Source: an archaeon (GTDB lineage: Archaea; Aenigmatarchaeota; Aenigmatarchaeia; CG10238-14; SCSR01). Taken from it: DNA of 64,000 nucleotides. Every line of letters begins with the position of its first letter. Position 1 is the first letter of the stretch. The notes beneath the pieces are model-generated. The model ran no database searches and was not told where the DNA came from. It saw only the letters and a list, made by a program, of their open reading frames with translations. Location: the NCBI GenBank assembly GCA_035288545.1, contig DATEAB010000045.1, positions 1,329 through 65,328 on the forward strand, given 5' to 3'. The translations under genes and the position numbers were made by a program. Positions 18,921-26,901 of this stretch are shown one piece after another.

Positions 18921-19015
18921 TGGGTCCGCAGAGAATTGAACTCTGTTCTTCACCGTGCTCCCAATGTTTCTTCCAATGTTGTGAGGGTGACGTCCTACCG
19001 GTAGACTACGGACCC
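18921..19015 (-). tRNA. tRNA, probably Val(CAC), with a ~24-nt insertion in the anticodon loop
   Basis: Minus-strand read: GGGTCCG-TA-GTCTACCGGTAGGAC-G-TCACC-CTCACA[ACATTGGAAGAAACATTGGGAGCA]C-GGTGA-AGAA-CAGAGTTCAATTCTCTG-CGGACCC-A. The TCACC/GGTGA stem encloses a 31-nt loop. The loop begins CUCACA (anticodon CAC if the intron is at 37/38). The 5' end overlaps the stop codon of the adjacent CDS by 10 nt. Confidence 0.55.
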
Positions 19016-20298
19016 TTTGCTTTCGTTTTGTCGAATTCGCTCAAGCTGCTCTGAATTTTCATTCCTGATGATTTAATTGTTGAGCTTCCGTTGAAAATAG
19101 GCTTGCCATAAACTCCATCGTATCCGGCGACAAACTTTACGTTTCCTTCGCGGATTTTCAAAATCGAGTCGGCAATTTTCTCCTGCGTCACTTTCAGCAA
19201 TTCCTCCCGCGTCACGTTCAGCAGCACGTTGAACTCATTTCCAAACCTGTTGATCAGCTTGTCCTGCTCTTCCAAAACTTTCTTCGAATACAGCTGCTCG
19301 ACGCCGAGAGTGAAGGAAATAATTTCATAAAGAGGAAGCAGGTTCTTGAAAGGTATCGCATCCTTCGGAACAAACCCTTCCGGTCTGTCCGCAAGCTGCT
19401 CCACTCGGTTGAGCACTCCAACAGTCAGCCTTCTCTTGCATCGCGGACAAATTCCATTCAATGTTTTCGTCTGATCTGGCGCGCAGCTAAACCCGCACAC
19501 GCGGTGGCCGTCGAAATGATATTTTCCGTAGTTCGGATCTGTTTCGACTGTAAACAAAAATCTTTTTTTATCTTTCTGTTTTACAGCATCAACAAAATTT
19601 TTGTAAGTAATTTCATCTTCTTTCATTTCAAAGACATTTGCCTCTCTTCCCAAACGCCAAGGATTTGCTGAGTGCGCGTCTGAATTTGAAACAAGCGTGA
19701 TTTTGTCAAGCGCGGACAGACGCCAGTTCATCGCAGGATCGCTGGACATGCCTGTTTCAACAGAAAAAATATGTTTCGTCTGATCTTTATAACATTCCTC
19801 GAGAGAGTCGAAACCAGACTTGCTGCCAAAAACTCCAAACCAGGGTGTCCATACGTGGGCTGGTGTTATCATGATGTTGCTGTCAATGCTCATCAAAATT
19901 TCCACGAACTCAGGCGAAGTAATTTTTATCATCGGTCTTCCGTCAATTTTCAAATCAACATGCTTTCCAAGCTGGTCGTTAATCTGATCTAAAATTTCGA
20001 AAGAAGGAACGTGAAACATATGATGAACTCGATGAAGTTTTCCATTCTGCTCATAATCAGTGCTCACCTCGCCTGTGATCATCCAGAAAATTTCTCCATA
20101 TTTGTAAATTCCCGTGTCGCCAATAGGTTGCAAGTTTTCTTTTAGCTCTTTCAACCATAGAGGATGAGTGCAATCGCCTGTGCCGAGAAGATTGATTCCT
20201 TTTATCTTTGCTCCTGCCTCGAGAGTTCTGACACTGAGATATTTGCTGGTTGCGCGCGAATACTTCGAATGAATTTGAAGATCAGCAATAATCTGCAT
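19006..20298 (-). CDS. PHP-family phosphoesterase with C-terminal Zn ribbon (COG1379-like)
   Basis: 430 aa. The N-terminal MQIIADLQIHSKYS is the PHP-domain His motif. C-terminal CPRCKRRL...C(x)C gives the zinc ribbon. Architecture is typical of the archaeal COG1379 family. Confidence 0.55.
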   Translation of the reverse strand: MQIIADLQIHSKYSRATSKYLSVRTLEAGAKIKGINLLGTGDCTHPLWLKELKENLQPIGDTGIYKYGEIFWMITGEVSTDYEQNGKLHRVHHMFHVPSFEILDQINDQLGKHVDLKIDGRPMIKITSPEFVEILMSIDSNIMITPAHVWTPWFGVFGSKSGFDSLEECYKDQTKHIFSVETGMSSDPAMNWRLSALDKITLVSNSDAHSANPWRLGREANVFEMKEDEITYKNFVDAVKQKDKKRFLFTVETDPNYGKYHFDGHRVCGFSCAPDQTKTLNGICPRCKRRLTVGVLNRVEQLADRPEGFVPKDAIPFKNLLPLYEIISFTLGVEQLYSKKVLEEQDKLINRFGNEFNVLLNVTREELLKVTQEKIADSILKIREGNVKFVAGYDGVYGKPIFNGSSTIKSSGMKIQSSLSEFDKTKAKGP

Positions 20299-20338
20299 GA
20301 CAAATCAATAAAGAAAATAGATGCTTAAAGTAAAGAAG

Positions 20339-20920
20339 TTAAAGCAAAAAGGTTAGCAGCGACACGCCGAGAAGGAAGATCCAGAGCCATGGCTTCCATT
20401 GAAAGACTTTGTTGCCGTCCAGCGGATTGATGGGCAGAAGGTTGAATAACGCAAGATAACTGTTTATTCGCGCTACAAAATCCAAGCCCGGGATTCCGGC
20501 CAGGCCGAAGACAAACGCAAAAAAGATGTTGACGATAGGTCCGACTGCTGATATTATACCTACTTCACTCGGCGTGAGATGCATTTCTCGATAACCCCAA
20601 CGGCCGTAGCGATAGGGCTGAATGACGACAGCGCCTGGTGCGATGAAACGGAATGGAAGCAGAAGCGTGACGAAACCTACTAGAAGTCCTTCAGGCCACA
20701 GCTTGAAGAAGGCGACGGCGTTGAATTTCATCGCCGCAAACTTGTGCGCCAGCTCGTGCAGCAAGAATGCCACAATTACCGTGATAAAGACAAGAAAAAT
20801 GTTTCCGAAATCTGGATATGCGAGGATGATTGTCAGGGAAAAAACTGCAATGATAATGTCTCTTATCTCCGTATATGAAAAAATACCAATGCGCTTTCCA
20901 GTTTCAATTTTCGTTTTCAT
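20339..20920 (-). CDS. Site-2 protease family (M50) intramembrane metalloprotease
   Basis: 193 aa, multi-TM. HELAH (HExxH) sits in a TM helix, and LLPINPLDGNKV supplies the downstream LDG motif. Confidence 0.75.
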   Translation of the reverse strand: MKTKIETGKRIGIFSYTEIRDIIIAVFSLTIILAYPDFGNIFLVFITVIVAFLLHELAHKFAAMKFNAVAFFKLWPEGLLVGFVTLLLPFRFIAPGAVVIQPYRYGRWGYREMHLTPSEVGIISAVGPIVNIFFAFVFGLAGIPGLDFVARINSYLALFNLLPINPLDGNKVFQWKPWLWIFLLGVSLLTFLL

Positions 20921-21006
20921 TTTTGTCTAATAAATAAAATGGCAAAGCAAGCTAAAATAATATTAACCATATTAGCCATGGAACTTGCTAACCTGTCAAC
21001 CTGCGA

Positions 21007-21843
21007 CTAGCCGCCGACCAGAATATACGGCAGCGCGTCCCTGACGTTCGAAACTTCCTTCACACTTATCCCGACGGTCGAGCTTATGTCCTTCTTTGTC
21101 CCGACGTATTCGTTAGTGCAGTAAAGAAACGGTCCGATGGTTTCGCAATGCCTCACAGGCTTGTACGTCGCAGCCATGCCCTGACCGGCAGGAACTAGTA
21201 AAAGAGTTCCGCCGACATCTTTTGCCGCCTGCGCCTTTTCTTCAATTCCCCCTACTTCCCCGACCGTTCCGTCCGGCTCGATTGTTCCAGTCAGAATGAC
21301 ACTGTGGTTGACGTCCTTCCCTTGCAGAACAGCTATTGTCGCGACCGTGAGGGCGGCCCCAGCAGACGGTCCTTCCAATGCCGTGACGTTGCCTGCGTCG
21401 ATTCTGTAAATCAAGTCAACCCCAGAAAGGTCAAGCCCCGTGACATTTTGCGCCACGCGCTGAGCGACTCGAATGGAGTTTTGAGTATCAACAAAAAATA
21501 CAATGTCGTTCACATCGACAAGAACCCTTCCCTTCCCGTAAACTGCCTGCACGTAAAGGTTTGTCGCAACACCATTTCCATCCTGATCAATCGCGGGAAG
21601 AATCATCGTTATTTCTTTTCCCGAAAGTACTGGGATGTTTCCATTACTGCCAGCTGTTGTTGTGGTTGTTGATGTGGATGTAGTTTGAACTTGCGATTGC
21701 GGGAACGAATTTAATGCAGGAAAAATTTCACTTCTGAAATATGCAAATAATGCAAAGCTGATGACCATTCCGAATACGAATGCAAAAATTACTGATGATC
21801 CTTTCATCTTTCTTTCTCTAATTCCTTTTCTCATTGCAACCAA
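21007..21843 (-). CDS. Membrane-anchored Lon-like S16 serine peptidase domain protein (no AAA+ module)
   Basis: 278 aa. N-terminal TM anchor and Thr-rich linker, then LEGPSAGAALTVATIAVLQGK...LTGTIEPDGTVGEVGGIEEKAQAAKDVG, which is the Lon proteolytic domain with its Ser and Lys dyad context. Confidence 0.7.
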   Translation of the reverse strand: MVAMRKGIRERKMKGSSVIFAFVFGMVISFALFAYFRSEIFPALNSFPQSQVQTTSTSTTTTTAGSNGNIPVLSGKEITMILPAIDQDGNGVATNLYVQAVYGKGRVLVDVNDIVFFVDTQNSIRVAQRVAQNVTGLDLSGVDLIYRIDAGNVTALEGPSAGAALTVATIAVLQGKDVNHSVILTGTIEPDGTVGEVGGIEEKAQAAKDVGGTLLLVPAGQGMAATYKPVRHCETIGPFLYCTNEYVGTKKDISSTVGISVKEVSNVRDALPYILVGG

Positions 21844-21989
21844 CTTCTTTTTCTTCCGGCTTTCTATATTAATAGCTTTTCCCGAATTGTAAAGCTTTCG
21901 TAGGAATTTTCCTTCATTGATATAAAAGTTTTGTGGAACAGCATTTCACAAATGCTGCACGGACAAAAATCCGCAAAAAGATAAATGTG

Positions 21990-22265
21990 CAGAAGGCGCG
22001 CCGCAAGTGGATACAGACCTCCAGAGCAGTTAACCCGCATATCCTTCTCCATCATGTATCCTTCAAGCATCAAAACAACTAACTTATCCTTGCTCGGTTC
22101 CCCGCCTAGGGAGGTTCGATAATTGCCTGACCCTGTAGGGCATGACTTCTCAGTCGGAAACACGGACTGCGCTACAGGTTTTGCATCGCCTCTTGGCTTC
22201 AGTCGAGCATGTAGGCCATTTCTCGATTAAGGTGAGGCCTAGCCACCCCGCTTAGCCCTCTGCAT
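21990..22265 (-). ncRNA. GC-rich structured RNA, candidate signal recognition particle (7S) RNA
   Basis: The interval has no credible ORF and is locally GC-rich. The minus strand reads, 5' to 3': an Alu-domain-like GGUGGCUAGGCC and CCUGUAGCGCAGUCCG, then a helix-8-like CUAGGCGGGGAACCGAGCAAGGAUAAG (GGAA tetraloop plus AGCA asymmetric loop). The ends can pair (GCAGAG/CUCUGC). Strand and ends are tentative. Confidence 0.35.
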
Positions 22266-22384
22266 TAACAATTAGCTCAAGATGGCAATTTAAAGCTTTC
22301 GAATTTCAGTAATTTGAAGAAAAAAGAAAAAGAAAAGAAAGAAATTTTAAACGCATGCTCCATTAACGCAGACTTGCTGTTACT

Positions 22385-22732
22385 TTAACCTGCCGTGCTA
22401 TTTGGGACGTTCACTTCGCTAGTATCTGTAGGACTAACGCATCCAGGATCGTCTGGATAATCGATTAGGAAATCGCCATCATCGTCCAATCCATTGTCGC
22501 AGGCAACGGTTCCAAGCTCGTTGTTGTCATGTTTGCTACTACATCCAGGATCTGATGGATAGTCTGTAAATGTGTCTCCATCGTTGTCAATTTTATCTCT
22601 ACACTGTAGAGGAGGAGCCATCACAGACGGAAATAGTGCATAGCTGACTACAAGAATTGTCGCAGTTAGGAGCAAAATACCAGCAATTGCAATTCCTTTT
22701 TTCATACTATCTTTAACAAAATTTGTTTGCAA
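22385..22732 (-). CDS. Small secreted protein with two Cys-bracketed acidic DxDxDG (calcium-binding-like) repeats
   Basis: 115 aa. Signal peptide MKKGIAIAGILLLTATILVV. The motif CRDKIDNDGDTFTDYPSDPGC is repeated as CDNGLDDDGDFLIDYPDDPGC. Confidence 0.45.
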   Translation of the reverse strand: MQTNFVKDSMKKGIAIAGILLLTATILVVSYALFPSVMAPPLQCRDKIDNDGDTFTDYPSDPGCSSKHDNNELGTVACDNGLDDDGDFLIDYPDDPGCVSPTDTSEVNVPNSTAG

Positions 22733-22750
22733 ATTATTTATAGTGGCTAT

Positions 22751-23923
22751 TTATCTCAATTTTCGAACTGACGATTCTATCCTGTCCATCGCTTCCTCAA
22801 TCTTGTCGTAGGCCGTCGCGTAGCTCATCCTAACAAAGCCCTCCCCATGTTTTCCGAACTCGGTTCCCGCAATAACGGCAACTTTTGCCTTGCTGAGCAG
22901 GAAATCCACGAATTTTTCCGACTTCATCTTCGTCTCGGTTATGTTCGGGAAGATGTAAAACGCGCCTTGCGGGATGTTCTTGAGATAAATGTTGGGAATT
23001 TGATTGATTCGCTTTGTTATTAGGCGTCTTCTTCTGTCGTACTCCTTTCTCATCTTCGCCACATACTTTCTGGAGTTCTGCAACGCGTCAACTGCGGCCA
23101 GCTGGGCGAACGTCGGAGCGGCAAGCGTCGTCGTGAGCTTGAATTCCTTCATCTCTTTTATTATTTTTTCGTTCGCAGCAGCGTATCCGACGCGGAAGCC
23201 GCACATCGCGTACGTCTTTGAGAAGCTTTGCGTCGTTATGACGTGATCAAACATCCCGTTGAGTCCCGCCATGCTGACGTGCCTTGCCTTTCCGTAAATC
23301 AGTTTCTCGTAAGCCTCATCGACCAGCGCAATTAGATTTTTCTCAATGACAATATCGGCAATTTCTTCGAGAATTTTCTTGCTCATCACAGTGCCGGTGG
23401 GGTTTGCAGGGGTGTTCAGAATCAACATCCTCGTCTTTCTCGTAATCAATTTTTTCAGATTTTCCGGATGAACTTCAAAATTGTCGCTTTCATGCAGGTT
23501 GACGGAAACGGCCTTCGCGTCTACCGCCTCGACAATCGGGCGAAAAGCAAGATAGCCCGGATCCGGTATGATCGCCTCGTCTCCGGCATCAAGCGCGACA
23601 AGCGACGAAAGCAAAATCGCCTCTTTCGATCCGCAGCAGACGATTATTTCTTCAGGGTCAGCGTCAATTTTGTTTTCTTTTTTCAATTTTTCCGCAAGCG
23701 CCTCTCTCAACTCGTGCCGACCCTGCATCGGCGAGTAGTGCGTGTACCCTTCCTCCAAAAATTTTTCAGTTGCCTTTATAACGTTAGGCGGAGCAGGAAA
23801 GTCAGGCTCGCCAGCACCGAGCGAAATTATGTCTTTTCTCGATTCTAAAATTTTCAGGCTCTGCTCAATCCGAGTGGTGCCGACAACGCCAACGCGCTTT
23901 GCAAGCCTGAAGGCCCTACGCAT
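22751..23923 (-). CDS. Class I/II aminotransferase (aspartate aminotransferase family)
   Basis: PLP-lysine motif SFSKTYAMCGFRVGY and the conserved GAGEPDFP and NPTG boxes are present. Start placed at internal MRRAFRL; the track's 36 extra N-terminal residues (to 24031) look like a spurious extension into the divergent promoter. Confidence 0.8.
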   Translation of the reverse strand: MRRAFRLAKRVGVVGTTRIEQSLKILESRKDIISLGAGEPDFPAPPNVIKATEKFLEEGYTHYSPMQGRHELREALAEKLKKENKIDADPEEIIVCCGSKEAILLSSLVALDAGDEAIIPDPGYLAFRPIVEAVDAKAVSVNLHESDNFEVHPENLKKLITRKTRMLILNTPANPTGTVMSKKILEEIADIVIEKNLIALVDEAYEKLIYGKARHVSMAGLNGMFDHVITTQSFSKTYAMCGFRVGYAAANEKIIKEMKEFKLTTTLAAPTFAQLAAVDALQNSRKYVAKMRKEYDRRRRLITKRINQIPNIYLKNIPQGAFYIFPNITETKMKSEKFVDFLLSKAKVAVIAGTEFGKHGEGFVRMSYATAYDKIEEAMDRIESSVRKLR

Positions 23924-23938
23924 AATAATTATTCTGGC

Positions 23939-25354
23939 GTGCAATATCTTAATTATAGTGAGCTCATGGGTACTAAAAACTTGCAAAATTTTTTCGATCC
24001 TCTTTCTGTCGCAATTGTCGGCGCGAGCCACGATCAGAAGAAGCTAGGCTACATCGTGCTGGAGAATTTCGTCCGCGAGAACTTTCACGGCATGCTGTTT
24101 CCTGTTAATCCCGACACGACTCCGATTCTCGGAAAGGAAGTCTATCCGAGCGTGAAAAAAATTCCGGAGAAGGTTGATCTTGCCGTTGTTATTGTGCCTG
24201 CGTTTGCCGTGTCAAAAGTTTTGAAAGAATGCGTGGAAAAGAAAATTTCAAATGTGATTGTTATCTCAAGCGGTTTTTCAGAAATTGGCGGAAGAGGAAT
24301 AGTTTTGGAACAGCGTTTGAAGAAAATTATTGAAGTTGCGAAAGGGAGGACGAGCGTCGTTGGGCCGAATTGCATCGGCGTGTTCAATCCAAAAACAAAA
24401 ATTGATACAATGTTTCTGAGCAGAGAGCGTTTGAGGAGGCCTCGCGAAGGGAATATTGCTTTCATCTCTCAATCAGGCGCCGTCGGTTCGACCGTCCTTG
24501 ATTGGCTCGCGCAGGAAGGCATTGGCATAAGCAAATTCGTTTCTTACGGAAACGGGATTGACGTGAACGAGACGGATTTCCTGGAATTTTTTGCAGACGA
24601 CAAGGACACGCATGTCGTGGCGATGTATTTGGAAGGAATGAAAGGGGAAGGGGAGGAATTTTTGCAGGCGATGAGGAAAACGACAAGCAAGAAGCCAGTT
24701 GTCGTGTTGAAGGCAGGAAAGACAGAAAAAGGGACGAAAGCAGCCGCCAGCCACACGGGAAGTCTTGCAGGAAGCGCGAGAATTTATTCTGGAGCGTTCA
24801 AGCAGACGAACACAATAGAGGCAGGAAACTGGGAAGAACTTTTCGATTTTGTTAAAACATTCAGCATGCAGCCACCGCCGAAAGGAAACAAGCTGGCAAT
24901 AATTACTGACGGCGGAGGTTTCGGAGTTCTTGCGACGGACGAAGCAGAAAGGCAGAAATTGGAATTGCCTGAACCATCGTTGATTTTGAAAAAGAAACTG
25001 CAGAGCAAAATGCCGGCACATGTCAAAACCCACAATCCGATGGATGTGACTGGAGACGCGAACATGGAAAGATATTGGTACGCGATGGAAGCCATGCTCG
25101 GCAGCAAAGAATACGACGGTGCGGTTGTCATTTCGCTCATGCAAGTTCCGACGCTCGAACCGAAGATTGTCGATGCGGTTGTCGAGATGAAAAAATTCGA
25201 GAAACCAATTCTGGTATGCGCTGTCGGGAGCGATTTCACTCAGAGAGTCGAGAGAAATTTCGAAAACAACAGAATTCCTGTTTTTCCAACGCCGGAAAGG
25301 GCCGTTCGTGCCTTCGCAGCGATGTGGAATTACAAAAAATATCTGCAAAAATAA
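23939..25354 (+). CDS. acdA: Acetate--CoA ligase (ADP-forming) alpha subunit (CoA-binding plus CoA-ligase domains)
   Basis: 471 aa. LSVAIVGASHDQKKLGYIV is the CoA-binding Rossmann motif; GPNCIGVFNP and the region of the phosphohistidine loop are present. The true start may be the internal MGTKNL at 23966. Confidence 0.8.
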   Translation: MQYLNYSELMGTKNLQNFFDPLSVAIVGASHDQKKLGYIVLENFVRENFHGMLFPVNPDTTPILGKEVYPSVKKIPEKVDLAVVIVPAFAVSKVLKECVEKKISNVIVISSGFSEIGGRGIVLEQRLKKIIEVAKGRTSVVGPNCIGVFNPKTKIDTMFLSRERLRRPREGNIAFISQSGAVGSTVLDWLAQEGIGISKFVSYGNGIDVNETDFLEFFADDKDTHVVAMYLEGMKGEGEEFLQAMRKTTSKKPVVVLKAGKTEKGTKAAASHTGSLAGSARIYSGAFKQTNTIEAGNWEELFDFVKTFSMQPPPKGNKLAIITDGGGFGVLATDEAERQKLELPEPSLILKKKLQSKMPAHVKTHNPMDVTGDANMERYWYAMEAMLGSKEYDGAVVISLMQVPTLEPKIVDAVVEMKKFEKPILVCAVGSDFTQRVERNFENNRIPVFPTPERAVRAFAAMWNYKKYLQK

Positions 25355-25807
25355 AAAACTTGTGAAAATTTTCCTGAAAATCTGAAAAAAATTTAAAATT
25401 CTGGAAAATTTCTGCGGAAAAATATTTTTTAAAAAATTTTGTCACCAAATAGTAATTCTTTGTCTCCACCAATGTTTATATACTTGGATTGTTCTTTAGT
25501 AAGACATAGGTGAAGATCAAATGTTTTATCAAATAATTGATCTGACTAATAAATCCTTTGTTTCTCTTCTTCAATGGGATGAGGGAGAGGATGAAAGTGG
25601 CGAAGAGGAAGGATGGGGGGAGGACGAGGAAGAGCTAGGGTTCGAAGACCACGAATGGTGAAACAAAAATACAGTAAGTATCGCAAAAACCGTCAAAAAT
25701 TTCATCAACATCAATTACATCATCAAAACACACTGAAAACATGCTGAAGACCCCCCTTCACTTTTTTGTTTTTTGTTTCCAGAATTTTCTTTTTCTCGCG
25801 AACCGCT

Positions 25808-25851
25808 GTCAGTTCAATGTCAGTTCAATGTCAGTTCAATGTCAGTTCAGT
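25808..25851. repeat. 11-bp direct tandem repeat (gtcagttcaat) x4
   Basis: Read directly: gtcagttcaat gtcagttcaat gtcagttcaat gtcagttcagt. Lies in a non-coding patch of atypical composition. Confidence 0.85.
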
Positions 25852-25942
25852 GAAGTTGTCACTTTGCAAGAACGAAGCTTAAATAGTACATAGAAGTCTT
25901 TATATCCCGACCAAAGTCAAAATTTCATTAGGTGAACAATGA

Positions 25943-26221
25943 ATGGTACTGTTTGAAGGTACTCTAGGACTCGGTGTTGGGTTCCTTCTAGCAGTTGCCT
26001 TTGCTGAGTATGCAAAGTTGAGACACAAGTCGGAGAAAGGTTACTCCTGGTTGGGAGTTTCCGCCGCCTTCTTCCTGTTCTCAGCAGCATTTGCAGCCCC
26101 AGCAGTAGGTTTGTACCTAGGATCGATCACCATCTTACAACAGATATTCGAACTGCTCGGATGGTTGTTCGCTCTCATAGCTGTAATCTTCGTAGCGTAC
26201 GAATCGCTTATGGAGAGATAA
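25943..26221 (+). CDS. Small 3-TM membrane protein (hypothetical)
   Basis: 92 aa made of three hydrophobic helices. No homology recognised. Coding status uncertain. Confidence 0.3.
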   Translation: MVLFEGTLGLGVGFLLAVAFAEYAKLRHKSEKGYSWLGVSAAFFLFSAAFAAPAVGLYLGSITILQQIFELLGWLFALIAVIFVAYESLMER

Positions 26222-26535
26222 GGCAGTAGGAGATAACGGTACAGCAGGGCAGCGCTAGACAGACATTACGTTAACACGTAAAAACCAATACGTTAAAACA
26301 AATCAACAAACGCTACATTAAATGATTAACTGAACAATGGCTTAGGATTTTGTAGCTTTTTTTATTCTTACTTTTACTTTTCCCCTTTTTTCCTTCCTTA
26401 CTTTCTTCATCCTCATTTTGTCACGCTTTTAAGTTTGAAGCTTCATCTATCAATTAATTAACCTAACAACTAACATTTGAACAGCGTTTGACTTGTCGGT
26501 GTGTCGAAGCCTGACGACGTGGAGTCCAGAGTGAA

Positions 26536-26823
26536 GTGCTAGAATTGCAGGGCTTTGAAGGTAGAAAACCGACCCGAGCCAGAAACCTGAAAGTGATAGA
26601 CCATCTTGGCACACTCTATGCTACATTCGACGGCAGCCACATGTGGAAGATGGACAAAGTTGCCTACGGAATCTGGCAGATGTGCGACGGTTCTCGAGAT
26701 TTTGATCAAATCACAGTCGCACTTGCGGCACGCATTGGTCACACTAACGAGGATGTCCGGCCTGTTGTAGAAGAGATTCTTACGGACTTGACAAAAATGA
26801 AGTTCATAGAATGGATAGGATGA
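26536..26823 (+). CDS. PqqD-like protein (RiPP recognition element fold), stand-alone
   Basis: 95 aa. YGIWQMCDGSRDFDQITVALAARIG...DVRPVVEEILTDLTKMKFIEWIG matches the PqqD pattern (aa-IW-L-DG-R----I---L---------DV--fl--L-----I). Confidence 0.6.
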   Translation: MLELQGFEGRKPTRARNLKVIDHLGTLYATFDGSHMWKMDKVAYGIWQMCDGSRDFDQITVALAARIGHTNEDVRPVVEEILTDLTKMKFIEWIG

Positions 26824-26901
26824 ATTTTCCAACTTTCTAATTTCTAACACAATAACTTTATTTACTGCCAAATAGAAAACTCTTTATAGTGCGTTGTAGG
26901 T

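Noticed and set aside
21864-22163. 99-aa minus ORF in the GC-rich block
   Set aside because: The translation is not protein-like, and the region is better explained as a structured RNA.
22751-24031. Track's full-length 426-aa version of the aminotransferase
   Set aside because: The first 36 residues precede the conserved N-terminus and run into the divergent promoter region. Internal Met (MRRAFRL) chosen as start.
24473-25348. 291-aa minus-strand ORF (and nested 24784..25239, 24544..24756) antisense to ACD-alpha
   Set aside because: The plus-strand gene has clear CoA-binding/ligase motifs. The antisense translations are Arg/Cys/Phe-rich with no domain signatures.
25808-25851. Possible CRISPR array
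   Set aside because: Only four contiguous 11-bp units with no spacers. No other repeat-spacer structure anywhere in the window and no cas genes.
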